A stretch of DNA of 64,000 bases from Shigella phage pSb-1. The notes below the pieces were generated by a model, which was not told the DNA's origin, did not search any database, and was given only the letters and a program-made list of their open reading frames with translations. The stretch is taken from the sequence record KF620435. One strand, 5' to 3'. How positions within the stretch are numbered: the stretch's first letter is position 1; every line of letters starts with the position of its first letter. Below, one piece after another: positions 40,887 through 51,892 of the stretch. The translations under genes were made by a program, and so were the position numbers.

Positions 40887-43454
40887 ATGTTAGTTGCAGA
40901 TACCAATGAAGTAGCTACCTCAGCGACACTGGGTGGCAAAGAAACAATTGCCTTTGGCATCTCTGATGACCCGGCATTCTTTCACGTATTAAGTACTTCC
41001 CTGTATAACAATCCTACTCTGGCAGTAGTTCGTGAGACTATCTGTAACAGTTGGGATGCTCATATTGAAGCAGGCAAAACTGATATTCCTATTCGTATCA
41101 CTATTGATACTGATAACTTTATTACCTTCCGTGACTACGGTAATGGAATCCCAGATGAACTCATTGGTTCCATTTATGGTGTCTACGGTGCATCTACTAA
41201 GAAGTCCAACAGTAGTGTTACTGGTGGCTTTGGTCTGGGATGTAAATCCCCATTCGCTTACACAGATAGCTTTCAGGTTACTTCATGGAACCAAGGAAAG
41301 ATGTCGGTATATAACGTAGCTAAGGCTGCGATTGAGAATGATGGTAAGCCGGGTATTGTTCCTATTGTTACCAATATTCCTACTGAGGAATCTGGTCTGG
41401 AAGTTAAATTCCAGTTAGACAAACATGACGTAAATACCTTTGTACATTACATTACATCAATTGTATTTAACGGTGAGATTAAAGCCGAGCTTAGTATCCC
41501 TAAACTTGTTAAAACAGAAGCAGGAAATAGTATTCAACAAGGTGACTACACTCTACTGAATACACTGGGTATGTCATTTGAACCTGGTTCATATGATATG
41601 TCTGATAGCTGGTATAAAGGCTATATGGGTAACAGTAACATATTCGTTCGTTACGGTAACGTAATGTACCCAATTGTATCCAGTCCTGCTAGTGAAGAAG
41701 CTGTAGGACTTATACTCAACTTTATGAACATCATTGGTGCATCTAATTTAGTAGTTCAGGCTGCACCAGATACTCTAGCTATTGCCCCTAGTCGAGAAAC
41801 GCTGTCTAACCAGAAGTTAACCGACGATGGTATTACTACTCTGTGTGTAGATTTAGTAGACCGTATGGAGAAAGAAATTAAGGCTAAGATTCCTGAAGCT
41901 ATTAAGCAAATTGAAGAATATGCCTCTAAATCCTCTACTCGCTTCTGGGAATATCCATCTTTCCTGGGTGCTGTTACAGACAGGACTGTTCAACGCTATA
42001 TGTCTTCTAGTTTGTGGGCTAAGCAACGTAAGCATTACATCAAACACTGGCGTAATTTATCCAATAAGGCATTATTAGCTCGTCCTGAATATGCAGGTCT
42101 TAAGAAACTGTATGGTAAGGCTATGCGTGCTCTTAAGGATACTCGTGAAGGAAATACATATTCCCAATTCCAGGAATTTGTATATCGTCATCTGCACTTA
42201 CCTCAGCTTGCTGCTTTAAAAGCTACTGGTATTAAGTGGTCTGGTTACATAGTGAACCAGGGTAACAGTGTTGACTTGGTAAAAGGTAAACTTACTGATT
42301 ACTTTAAGATGTACCATAACTCCCATCAGAGTATTGGCATATTCACTACCAAGAACGTTGTAGTTACTCGACGTTTATCTGACTGTGCAGACTCTTTCTC
42401 GTACTTCCCTGAATACAATCGAGGCGACCTGGAGCGTACAGCTTTTGTTCACGTCGTTGGTCCTAAGAAGGGTGCAGCGGAGGAAACTGTAGCTAAGTTC
42501 ACTGCTATGGGTTATCGGGTAATTGACCTTACTCAATATAATGAGTGGGACAAACCAACTAACTTCCGTAGAGAACAAGCTAAGATGGCTGCCGAGAAAC
42601 GGGCTAAGACAATAGCTGCCAATAAAACCAAAGCAGGAGGTAAAACTAATGCTCTTATTTCATTGAATGCAGTTCTTGGTACTACTCTTGTACGAGATAA
42701 AAATGGTGATTGGGTATCTAAGCCATACATTGATAAGGATTTTGCTGACCCGAGATTAAATGAGAAATCTGATTTCATCGAAGTAGAGCAACCTAAGTAC
42801 TATGTACTGGCTAATCAGGTTAGTTCTGGTAGTCCTGTAACTGCTCGAATTGGAACCATGTGGAAATGGTACGAGTTATCCGATGAGATGAAAGCAGAGA
42901 CAGTTGTCTGCCGTAATCAAATTGAGGCTAACAAGGCAAAACGACGTGGTGCTATTCATATTGATGATGTTCGCTTTAGTGAACTGATGTCAGTTATTAC
43001 CAGTAAAGGCTTCAAGAAATATGTTACTGAACACCGTATTGGTATTTTGGAATATGTAGGACTGGATGACAGAGAGTATTGGGAAATCCTCGACATACTG
43101 GGTCTAACATTCAAACCATTACAGAATCTGATTTTTAAACCAGAATATGAATGGGCATATGACTTTCTACGAAATCGACCACACGACAACAAAGAAAAAC
43201 TTGTTGAAATGGGTTGTATTAAGTCAGTTGATGACTTAGAGCCATATAGCATGATGGTTAATCCACGTAACCATAAGTACTTTGAAATACTTAATGGTTA
43301 CAAAGGATTATTCAGTTATAGCTGGAATAAAAATGACATCCTACAGACGCTGGACTTAGGTAGTTTAGTCAAACACCTCAAGAAGAATCCAGAGGATATT
43401 CCTGGGTTTAAGTCCCTCTACCGTAATCGTCTAAATAAACTGAAAGGTAACTAA
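40887..43454 (+). CDS. rIIA: rIIA-like protein with N-terminal GHKL/HATPase_c-type ATPase fold
   Basis: Bergerat-fold motifs ETICNSWDA, DYGNGIP, GGFGLGCKS; 855 aa; followed by rIIB-sized gene. Confidence 0.6.
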   Translation: MLVADTNEVATSATLGGKETIAFGISDDPAFFHVLSTSLYNNPTLAVVRETICNSWDAHIEAGKTDIPIRITIDTDNFITFRDYGNGIPDELIGSIYGVYGASTKKSNSSVTGGFGLGCKSPFAYTDSFQVTSWNQGKMSVYNVAKAAIENDGKPGIVPIVTNIPTEESGLEVKFQLDKHDVNTFVHYITSIVFNGEIKAELSIPKLVKTEAGNSIQQGDYTLLNTLGMSFEPGSYDMSDSWYKGYMGNSNIFVRYGNVMYPIVSSPASEEAVGLILNFMNIIGASNLVVQAAPDTLAIAPSRETLSNQKLTDDGITTLCVDLVDRMEKEIKAKIPEAIKQIEEYASKSSTRFWEYPSFLGAVTDRTVQRYMSSSLWAKQRKHYIKHWRNLSNKALLARPEYAGLKKLYGKAMRALKDTREGNTYSQFQEFVYRHLHLPQLAALKATGIKWSGYIVNQGNSVDLVKGKLTDYFKMYHNSHQSIGIFTTKNVVVTRRLSDCADSFSYFPEYNRGDLERTAFVHVVGPKKGAAEETVAKFTAMGYRVIDLTQYNEWDKPTNFRREQAKMAAEKRAKTIAANKTKAGGKTNALISLNAVLGTTLVRDKNGDWVSKPYIDKDFADPRLNEKSDFIEVEQPKYYVLANQVSSGSPVTARIGTMWKWYELSDEMKAETVVCRNQIEANKAKRRGAIHIDDVRFSELMSVITSKGFKKYVTEHRIGILEYVGLDDREYWEILDILGLTFKPLQNLIFKPEYEWAYDFLRNRPHDNKEKLVEMGCIKSVDDLEPYSMMVNPRNHKYFEILNGYKGLFSYSWNKNDILQTLDLGSLVKHLKKNPEDIPGFKSLYRNRLNKLKGN

Positions 43455-43458
43455 TCTG

Positions 43459-45489
43459 ATGAAAATCGAACTGATTTCTATCATCGCACTGGCAGTTGAC
43501 AGTCGTAACCTCACACTGTGGAAGCCTGATGGCTCCACGGTTGTATATCCTCAGAGCGACCCACGGGTTGCTCGTATTGTATCTGAAGCACAAACCAAAG
43601 GCCTGGGAACTACCAAAGATCAGATAGAAGTAAACATTGCACCAGAAGTAAACCTGCGTACTGAATACCTGGAAGCAGAGAAGAACACTAACGGATTCGT
43701 CCGTTTCTTCAAGGTAGCTAAAGCTAAACTTAAAGAGTTCTTCCAGGATGGTACGGGTACTCAACCTGACCGTATAGTTTCTGATATTAAGCTGGGGAAT
43801 CCTACTAAGACACTGGTATCTAAAGCTATGGATACCTTTCTGGCTGTACAAGCTAATGAACCAGAAGTAACTGTAACAGATGGTTATTACGACAGGCGTG
43901 ACAACCTGATGTGGGTTACTGGCTGGGATAAGGACCATAACCATCCTGCACTGGTTCGTTTTATCAATGACGTACTGTGTTGGGGTTATAAGCATACTGA
44001 CAATATTCTTAAGCAAGAATGGCCTATTGCAATTCGTGCAGTATCCGATGATGAAATGGGTGAGTTTGCTAAACAAGCTCAGCACATCAAAGGAGTACAC
44101 ATTGTATTTACCAGTCGTGATGAAACGCCACTACCCTATGTGGAAGTAGCTAAAACTACGAACCAGGATAAGCTGGCTGCTGCTTCTGAGAAGTTAGCTG
44201 CATTAGGAGCTATTAGTACCGATGATGCTAACTTCCATACTGAAGTGAAGGAAGATGAAGTGGTTGTTGCTGTTACCAATAATGGGGTTATCCCTGGAGT
44301 TGAGAACCTGCATCGTCACTTACGTCAGTCTGCCAAGCTGAAAGACTACAAGGGCTTTACTAAGTTCCTTGAGCGTCTGGCTCCAGTTATTAAAGACCGT
44401 CTGCACTCAGTGGAAGACCTGATGAAGTTCATGGAAACTGCTGAACTGCCTATCGCTGATGATGGCTCTATCCTGTTCCTGAAACGACTTATGTTCAGGG
44501 GTACAGAAGATGGTAAGCGTGTATTCGTTGACTGTCACTCAGGTAACATACGTCAGTGGGTAGGCTGTAAAGTACAGGTACGAGAAGACCTGGTAGACCC
44601 TGACCGTCGTCAGGACTGCTCCAACGGCCTGCACGTAGCATCCATGAGTTATATCCGTAGCTTCGGTGGTGACGTAACTATCCTTGGTAAAGTAGCACCT
44701 GAAGATGTATTTGCTGTTCCTGAGTACAGTACCAATAAGATGCGTGTATCTGCATATCATATTATTGCTGAGCTGCCGGAAGAGGAACGTAATAACGTTA
44801 ACAACGGTATCTACCTGTCTAAAACAGAAGTAGGTAAGAAATTGCTTAACGATGCCATCGTTGGGAACCATAGTTCACCTACCACACTTATTATGGTTGG
44901 TGGTCATCGTGGTACTAACCTCAAGTACACTAATCTCACATCTGGTTCTGTAGAACAATTCCGTACAGTTGCTAGTAAAGAAGCACTGAACATGGAAGAG
45001 TCACTGAATGAAGCTGTAGCTGCTGAACCAGTGAAAGCTACTGACCTTAAACCTGTTGTTAAGAAGGCTCCTACTGTGAAAGAACAAATCCAGGAACTGG
45101 TCAAAGAGTTCCTCAATGCAACAACACCGGAAGATAAGTTAGCTGCTGCTGACCTTCTGGTAGAACTGCGTTCCAAAGCCAAAAAGCCTTGGGGTGCATT
45201 CGATGTAGGTAGTGATGTGGTAGCTAAGATTGCTGATGTACGTGCAACTTACACAGCTAAACCTATTGGCAAACCTAAACCAGTGAAGGCAAGTAAGCCT
45301 GCTAAACCGGTTAATAGCAAACATGCTGATAATCTGCGTAACATCCTGAACGATACGACGTACTCCGACTACCAGAAAGGTCATGCTCTGCAAGACTATA
45401 AGCGTCATGCTAAGAAGTCATTCACTGCAATGGGTCTGACTGAAGAAGAAGCTAAGTTAGCTACCAAGCTGGTCAAGGCTGCTAAGTAA
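43459..45489 (+). CDS. rIIB: rIIB-like protein (676 aa)
   Basis: Size and position directly after rIIA-like gene; no motif-level confirmation. Confidence 0.4.
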   Translation: MKIELISIIALAVDSRNLTLWKPDGSTVVYPQSDPRVARIVSEAQTKGLGTTKDQIEVNIAPEVNLRTEYLEAEKNTNGFVRFFKVAKAKLKEFFQDGTGTQPDRIVSDIKLGNPTKTLVSKAMDTFLAVQANEPEVTVTDGYYDRRDNLMWVTGWDKDHNHPALVRFINDVLCWGYKHTDNILKQEWPIAIRAVSDDEMGEFAKQAQHIKGVHIVFTSRDETPLPYVEVAKTTNQDKLAAASEKLAALGAISTDDANFHTEVKEDEVVVAVTNNGVIPGVENLHRHLRQSAKLKDYKGFTKFLERLAPVIKDRLHSVEDLMKFMETAELPIADDGSILFLKRLMFRGTEDGKRVFVDCHSGNIRQWVGCKVQVREDLVDPDRRQDCSNGLHVASMSYIRSFGGDVTILGKVAPEDVFAVPEYSTNKMRVSAYHIIAELPEEERNNVNNGIYLSKTEVGKKLLNDAIVGNHSSPTTLIMVGGHRGTNLKYTNLTSGSVEQFRTVASKEALNMEESLNEAVAAEPVKATDLKPVVKKAPTVKEQIQELVKEFLNATTPEDKLAAADLLVELRSKAKKPWGAFDVGSDVVAKIADVRATYTAKPIGKPKPVKASKPAKPVNSKHADNLRNILNDTTYSDYQKGHALQDYKRHAKKSFTAMGLTEEEAKLATKLVKAAK

Positions 45490-45551
45490 TAGCCTGTTCA
45501 AATGGCCTCACTTATAATAAAGTGAGGCTATCTTTGAAGAGGAAATAAGCT

Positions 45552-45923
45552 ATGTCTAAAGTATTCAGAAGTAATCGCAAAGCAACTGATGAAGACATCA
45601 TTCGTATGAATGCTGTTGGTCTGTCCCTCGCAACTATCGCTAAGACGTTGGGGGTTCACCCCACTACGGTTACTTTGCGATTGCGTTCTCTAAATATTGA
45701 ACCAGCCGACACACGTCGGACGTTCATGGAAAACGTATTACGTCCTTTACCAACCCATGTGGCTGATTGGCTATCAGAACAAGTTGGCCCTAAGTATGAG
45801 ATTCGCTCATATGTAAGGGACTTGATTCTGGAGGCATATAATAATCGCCACCTTAACCAAGAGAGTGAGCATGACAAGTTCATCCGTTTGTACGCTGGAA
45901 AGAACCGGGATGAATTGGGGTGA
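45552..45923 (+). CDS. small DNA-binding protein candidate (123 aa)
   Basis: HTH-like segment AVGLSLATIAKTLGVHPTTVTLRLR. Confidence 0.3.
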   Translation: MSKVFRSNRKATDEDIIRMNAVGLSLATIAKTLGVHPTTVTLRLRSLNIEPADTRRTFMENVLRPLPTHVADWLSEQVGPKYEIRSYVRDLILEAYNNRHLNQESEHDKFIRLYAGKNRDELG

Positions 45924-46389
45924 CATATTTACTTATCGGAACGGTAAATTGTACTGGAAGGTAAAAGCAGCGGCGCATACCGTAGTTGGCTCGGAAGCCG
46001 GGTGCTATGACAAATCCTCCGGGTATGTTCTAGTACGCTACAAACGAAGACTACGGAGAGCACACTGCATAATATGGGAAATGCACAATGGTCCTATACC
46101 TAAAGGTATGCTCATTGACCATCTAGATAGGGTAAGGACCAATAATCACATTGGAAACCTTCGCTTAGGTGGTCAAGACCTCAACCAAAAGAATCGTAGT
46201 AAACAATTTAATAACTCTTCCGGAATAACAGGTATTTCCTGGGATAAGGAAAGAAGTAAGTGGAATGCTAAGATTCAGGTGGAGGGCAAAACTATTAATC
46301 TAGGTCGCTTTACGGACTTAGATGAAGCTGCCAGAGTCCGCTATCAAGCAGAAAAAGACTATGGCTTCACTCCAACACACGGGAAATAA
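45910..46389 (+). CDS. free-standing HNH homing endonuclease with AP2-like domain
   Basis: HCIIWEMHNGPIPKGMLIDHLDRVRTNNHIGNLRLG; C-terminal GISWDKERSKWNAKIQVEGKTINLGRF. Confidence 0.65.
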   Translation: MNWGDIFTYRNGKLYWKVKAAAHTVVGSEAGCYDKSSGYVLVRYKRRLRRAHCIIWEMHNGPIPKGMLIDHLDRVRTNNHIGNLRLGGQDLNQKNRSKQFNNSSGITGISWDKERSKWNAKIQVEGKTINLGRFTDLDEAARVRYQAEKDYGFTPTHGK

Positions 46390-46391
46390 CA

Positions 46392-46835
46392 ATGTCAGAT
46401 ATTATCACCCAAACCAAAAAATGGTTTGAAATCGCAGTACCAAATCCGACGAGTAAGAACATTAGTACCCAGATGGGTTGCCATCTGGAAGAAGTAGAAG
46501 AAATGCTTCAGACCATTTATCCAAATGGTATCTACGATGCAGAATTGCTACAACGTGCGCAAGATGCTCTTACAAATCTGGCAAATCATATGAAGCGTAA
46601 AGCTGATGCCTACCGTATTGATGTTAGTACCGACCTGCTGGACTCACTGGCAGACCAGATTGTTACAGCAACTGGCGTCGGTACTTTCCTTGGGATGAAT
46701 GTCCCCGGAGCATTGGCTGAAGTCAATCGCTCAAACTATTCTAAGTTTGAAGATGGCGAACCTGTCTTCAATGAGAATAAGAAAGTTATGAAAGGGAAAG
46801 ACTACACTCCCCCAGATTTAACCCCTTACATCTAA
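46392..46835 (+). CDS. MazG-like nucleotide pyrophosphohydrolase candidate
   Basis: Acidic helical protein with HLEEVEEM-type motif; weak by-eye match. Confidence 0.35.
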   Translation: MSDIITQTKKWFEIAVPNPTSKNISTQMGCHLEEVEEMLQTIYPNGIYDAELLQRAQDALTNLANHMKRKADAYRIDVSTDLLDSLADQIVTATGVGTFLGMNVPGALAEVNRSNYSKFEDGEPVFNENKKVMKGKDYTPPDLTPYI

Positions 46836-46856
46836 CCCTCTACGGAGGGTTTTTTA
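46834..46856 (+). terminator. rho-independent terminator
   Basis: AACCCTC-TACG-GAGGGTT followed by TTTTT. Confidence 0.55.
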
Positions 46857-46868
46857 CTGGAGATTTTA

Positions 46869-48177
46869 ATGTTTTCCAAACCTACCAAAGCCCCACTGAA
46901 CAAGGGGCAAGAAGCGGTTGCGAAGGAGTTCTTCGACTTCCTGCTCGACCCTAATGCTACCGAATTCAATATTAGTGGCCCAGGGGGAACTGGCAAGACA
47001 TTCCTGATGTCGCACCTCATTGATGACACTATGCCTGCATATATGGAAACTTGCTCCCTTATGGGAACCAAGCCTCTGTATAACGAAGTGTTATGACTGC
47101 GACCACGAACAAGGCTGCTGAAGTTCTGGCTCAGGCTACTGGACGCCCAACGTCTACCTATCACTCCTTCCAGGGCTGATTGTTAAGAATGACTTTAAAA
47201 CTGGTGAGGCTAATGTCGTACCTTCTAAGTCATTCAATATTAAGAAGAACAAAATCATCTTCGTAGATGAAGCATCCATGATTGACCGTCAGTTACTTAA
47301 GTATGCTCGTGAAGGTACTCACCAGTGCAAACTGGTATTCGTAGGTGATGCTTCTCAGCTTCTGCCTGTTAAAGAGAATAAGTCTCCAGTGTATGCAGGC
47401 AATATCCCAACACACTATCTGACTGAACAGATGCGTACCGATGCACCGGAACTTAAAGCATTGCACCAGCAATTGCGTGATACGGTAGAAGGTAAGACAG
47501 GCTTCCTGCCTATTAAATGTATTCCAGGCATCATTGACTGGGTACAAGGAGAAGAGATGGAGAAACTGGTTCTCAGTCACTTCACTCAACCTACCAACAG
47601 CCGTATTGTTGCTTACACGAATGATCAGGTTATTAATTACAATAACTACATTCGTGAAGCTAATGGCTACGTGGGCGAGTACTCCATTGGTGAACAGTTA
47701 GTATCTAACTCTGCTGTTCGCTTGGGTGTGGAAGACCGTCTGTCTATTGAACAAGACGTAAAACTCATTGACCAGGATAGTAGTACTCGCATGATTCCAG
47801 TTACAGGTGATCTGGAACTAGAAGTTCGTGATAGTACTCTGGACCTTGGTTATGGTGGTATTGTAAGTGAAGTTCCAGTACCTACTGACCCAGAATACTT
47901 CAACCGTTTGGTTAAGTGGCTAGGTAAAGAGAAGAACTGGGAACCTTACTTCCGTCTTAAAGAAACCATCCCAGACCTACGTGCTACTCATGCATGTACT
48001 GTCCATAAATCGCAAGGCTCTACTTACGACACAATCTTCATTGATGCAGATGACCTCTCAAGCTGTCGCCAACCAGATATGGTTGCTCGTCTGCTTTACG
48101 TCGCTGTGTCTCGTGCCCGTAAGCGAGTAGTGTTCTATGGCAATCTTGCCAGTAAGTACGGTGGTCTAACTTTCTAA
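46869..48177 (+). CDS. Dda/RecD-like SF1 DNA helicase, frameshifted twice (~47084..47096 and ~47170..47179)
   Basis: Walker A GPGGTGKTF (frame 1), TATTNKAAEVL...TYHSFQG (frame 2), IIFVDEASMI Walker B and TVHKSQGSTYD (frame 3). Confidence 0.7.
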
Positions 48178-48187
48178 GGGAGGATAT

Positions 48188-48718
48188 ATGCCTCAGATTG
48201 GTTCAGCGACTATTGGTCAGGTTGCCAATAGCAGTGATATAGTCAAACACCTGTTCTTAGCAGAACTGGTTCGTCTTGATAGTGTGTTAAACGGTATCAT
48301 TGATAAGAACGACCGTATCAATGGTATTGATGTATCGGCTGGATTCCTTTATCAAGGGGAGTTCTATCAGCGTTCTAACGCTGCCAGACCTCCAACCTAC
48401 GGTGAGAGATTAACACTTAACCCAGAACTATGGCCTGCAATGGACAAGTATCTGAAAGCCTCCAGTCGTTTGATTATGGAAGTACACCTTGTGAACCAGA
48501 CTGTATATCGCCTGGTTCGTGGTTGTATGTCCTATCAGGATGTACGTGATGCTTTACCTGAATGCCTGGTAGCGCAAGACCAGACCGGTAAGTACAAGGA
48601 ACTGCCACGTACTCGTGAAGCAGCCTGGACTCTTGCTGGGGATCCCATGGCAATAAAACAGTATGAGAAGATTCTTCCCTCTATTGAGTACTATGCAGCT
48701 TCTCATCTGATTTTCTAG
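48188..48718 (+). CDS. hypothetical protein (176 aa)
   Basis: ORF with GGGAGG RBS. Confidence 0.3.
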   Translation: MPQIGSATIGQVANSSDIVKHLFLAELVRLDSVLNGIIDKNDRINGIDVSAGFLYQGEFYQRSNAARPPTYGERLTLNPELWPAMDKYLKASSRLIMEVHLVNQTVYRLVRGCMSYQDVRDALPECLVAQDQTGKYKELPRTREAAWTLAGDPMAIKQYEKILPSIEYYAASHLIF

Positions 48719-48727
48719 GGTAAAGCT

Positions 48728-51307
48728 ATGCGTTACATCACCTCTCAAGATACGGGTAAGTATCCTATTGCTATCCTCGGTCATCAAATCCGAAGGGAGG
48801 AGATGATTAAAACCTACCTGCTGCCTAATGACCTAAGCATGGAAGATTTCATCTTCATTGAACTTCATTCTGCCCCTGGCAAGAAGAAGACTCCTGCAAG
48901 GGAGATTAAGGAGTTCATACAGCAGGAACTGCAGCAAGTACTGGATGATGCAGAGACTCAGTACATTATCTGTACCGATTCTGATTACTTTAAAATACTG
49001 ACTAAAGAAGCTAAAGCAGAGGCTAACCTCGGCTATGTTTGTGACTCAGTATGGGGTAAGCAGAAGGTTATCTATGCACCTAGCTACAGGCAGGTCTTTT
49101 ATGACCCACCTGTAGTGAAAGCCAAGATTGCTCAGGGTATGGATGCATTACTTAACCACATTCGTGGGCAGTATGCTGAACCAGGTCAGGGAATCATTGA
49201 GTTTGAAGCCTACCCGGATACTCCAGAGAAGATTAAAGCTTGGCTAGACCAACTGCTTGAGATGAATAAGCCACTGGCTATAGACATTGAAGCATTCGGT
49301 TTAAAGCACTATAACGCTGGCATAGGAACAATTACATTCTGTTGGAGTAAGACACAGGGCATAGCCTTTAATGTGGACTACGAGCCGATTCCTGGGGCTA
49401 CTGAAGCACCATACGGGCGTATTAACAGAAATGATGTTGTTCGAAACCTTCTTCGTGAGTTCTTCATTAAGTACACCCAACGTCAGATGTATCACAACAT
49501 TAGCTATGACGTGTATGTGCTTATCTATCAGTTATTCATGGATAACCTGATTGATACAGAAGGCTTACTGCATGGCATGGAAATCATGCTACGTAACTGG
49601 GATTGCACTAAGTTAATCACCTACCTGGCTACTAACAGTTGTGCTGGTAACCACCTTAGTCTGAAAGACCAGGCTCAGGAGTATGCTGGTAACTATGCTC
49701 AGGATGACATTAAAGACATTCGTCTTATTCCTAATGAGCAATTGTTACGTTACAACCTCATTGATGGTTTGTGTACGTGGTACACCTACGAGAAGCACTG
49801 GGATACTCTCATTGCTGATGACCAACTGGATGTTTACAACAACATCTTTAAGCCAGCTTGTGAAGACATCATCCAGATGCAGTTAACCGGTATGCCCATG
49901 AATATGGAAACCGTTAACCAAGTAGCTAAGGAGATGGAAACTGACAGGAACCAGGCTTTGAAAACTATTCGTGAGTCTAAGCTCATGAAGAATTTCACAC
50001 TGATGCTTCGTCAGGAATGGGTAGACGATAAGAACGCCAAGCTCAAGAAAAAGCAAGTAACGCTTGCTGACTGTGACATCGAGTTTAATCCTAACTCCGG
50101 TCCACAATTACAGAAGCTATTATTTGATTATATTGGCTTACCGGTTCTTGGTCTTACTAAGAGCAAGCAACCTGCTACTGACGGTGACACTATTAAAGCA
50201 CTGCGTACGCATACGCAGAGTGAAGATGTTAAGGAACTGCTCAATGCACTTATCGACTATAAGCTCGTGGATAAGATTATCACTAGCTTTATACCAGCTT
50301 TCCGGAATGCCCAACCGGGACCGGATGGCTGGCACTACCTATTCGGTAACCTCAATCTGGGAGGCACAGTCTCCGGTAGGTTATCAGCTTCAGAACCAAA
50401 TCTACAAACAATTCCATCCGGCTCTAAATATGCCAAGAAGATTAAGAAATGCTTCGAAGCTCCTCCAGGCTGGATATTTTGCGGCTTGGATTTCGCCTCG
50501 CTGGAAGACAGAATCTCTGCACTAACTACTAAAGACCCCCAGAAGCTTAAGGTATATACCGATGGCTATGATGGTCACAGTCTTCGTGCGTATGCTTACT
50601 TTGGTGAGCAGATGCCAGACATAGTAGATACTGTAGAATCCATTAACTCCATTCAGCATAAGTACAAATCATTACGTAGTGACTCGAAGGCTCCAACCTT
50701 CCTGCTTACCTATGGTGGTACTTATATGGGCTTAATGAAAAACTGTGGCTTCTCAGAGGAGAAGGCTAAGACTACAGAGAAACGTTATCACGATCTCTAT
50801 GTAGTTAGTGACAGGTGGGTTCAGGCTAAGCTAGACGAAGCTGCCAAAACTGGTTATGTTACTGCCGCATTCGGTTTGAGAGTGCGTACTCCTTTACTGG
50901 CTCAGGTATTACGTGGGACATGTAAGACTCCGTATGAAGCAGAAGCAGAAGGCAGAACTGCTGGTAATGCCTTAGGGCAAAGCTGGTGTCTACTGAATAA
51001 CCGTGCTGGCTCAGAATTTATGCGTAAAGTTAGAGCCAGTGAGTTCAGATTAGATATACGTCCTAGTATTCATATTCATGATGCCCAGTACTTCATGATT
51101 CGTGACAACATGGATACCCTGCAGTTCACGAACAAGCATTTGGTTGAAGCCGTTAACTGGCAAGACCATCCTGATATTGCTCATCCAGAAGTTGGTTTGG
51201 GTGGGGAACTATCCTTGTTTTACCCAACGTGGGCTAACGAGATTGAAATTCCAAATCACGCTACCCCAGAAGAAGTTCATCAAATAATTCAAAAGGCATT
51301 CACATGA
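48728..51307 (+). CDS. DNA polymerase, family A, with 3'-5' exonuclease domain
   Basis: Exo motif LAIDIEAFG; Pol A motifs GRLSASEPNLQTIP, CGLDFASLEDRI, FLLTYGGTYMGL, IHIHDAQYF. Confidence 0.9.
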   Translation: MRYITSQDTGKYPIAILGHQIRREEMIKTYLLPNDLSMEDFIFIELHSAPGKKKTPAREIKEFIQQELQQVLDDAETQYIICTDSDYFKILTKEAKAEANLGYVCDSVWGKQKVIYAPSYRQVFYDPPVVKAKIAQGMDALLNHIRGQYAEPGQGIIEFEAYPDTPEKIKAWLDQLLEMNKPLAIDIEAFGLKHYNAGIGTITFCWSKTQGIAFNVDYEPIPGATEAPYGRINRNDVVRNLLREFFIKYTQRQMYHNISYDVYVLIYQLFMDNLIDTEGLLHGMEIMLRNWDCTKLITYLATNSCAGNHLSLKDQAQEYAGNYAQDDIKDIRLIPNEQLLRYNLIDGLCTWYTYEKHWDTLIADDQLDVYNNIFKPACEDIIQMQLTGMPMNMETVNQVAKEMETDRNQALKTIRESKLMKNFTLMLRQEWVDDKNAKLKKKQVTLADCDIEFNPNSGPQLQKLLFDYIGLPVLGLTKSKQPATDGDTIKALRTHTQSEDVKELLNALIDYKLVDKIITSFIPAFRNAQPGPDGWHYLFGNLNLGGTVSGRLSASEPNLQTIPSGSKYAKKIKKCFEAPPGWIFCGLDFASLEDRISALTTKDPQKLKVYTDGYDGHSLRAYAYFGEQMPDIVDTVESINSIQHKYKSLRSDSKAPTFLLTYGGTYMGLMKNCGFSEEKAKTTEKRYHDLYVVSDRWVQAKLDEAAKTGYVTAAFGLRVRTPLLAQVLRGTCKTPYEAEAEGRTAGNALGQSWCLLNNRAGSEFMRKVRASEFRLDIRPSIHIHDAQYFMIRDNMDTLQFTNKHLVEAVNWQDHPDIAHPEVGLGGELSLFYPTWANEIEIPNHATPEEVHQIIQKAFT

Positions 51308-51609
51308 CCAAAAGTACTAAAGAAACTGTAGTCAAAAAATATCATTGGATGGTAGCAGCACAAGTAGTATTCCAGCTTCCTAAAGTGGATGATGGTTCCC
51401 TGCTTACCATGAACACGATGTTGCTCACTGATGAACCTTATGTGACCTATAAAGATTTGGCCCGTGCCAATCATTCCTTGAAGATTAGTCTGGACCAGCG
51501 TTTCGATACCTCAGTTGACTTGAAAGACATTGTTTACCTGTCCCTCAGCAACCTGGGTCTGATGTCTGAACCAGAGTTCCAGGCAAACATGATTCCTAAG
51601 GATAAATAA
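51304..51609 (+). CDS. hypothetical protein (101 aa)
   Basis: ORF overlapping pol stop. Confidence 0.3.
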   Translation: MTKSTKETVVKKYHWMVAAQVVFQLPKVDDGSLLTMNTMLLTDEPYVTYKDLARANHSLKISLDQRFDTSVDLKDIVYLSLSNLGLMSEPEFQANMIPKDK

Positions 51610-51628
51610 TGCTAAGCTCTCCGGTGGA

Positions 51629-51892
51629 TTGAATAACTGGTATGTAGTACCAGTTAAGCACCCTCAACGGAAAGAGCAAGAGCCATATCAAGCAGAGTGT
51701 GAAGATATTATACAAGCACTAGGCATGACCTTCGATGAAGGTTGTGCCTTTAAAGCTCTGTGGCGAAATGCTGCTGCCCGTATGGGTAATGGTAAACCTG
51801 GAAACTCTTCGGTGTACGACTCAGAGAAGATTGTGCACTATGCCAATCGCATATTGAAAAAGGCTTATAATGAAGATAACCAACAATCATGA
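51629..51892 (+). CDS. hypothetical protein (87 aa)
   Basis: ORF. Confidence 0.3.
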   Translation: MNNWYVVPVKHPQRKEQEPYQAECEDIIQALGMTFDEGCAFKALWRNAAARMGNGKPGNSSVYDSEKIVHYANRILKKAYNEDNQQS

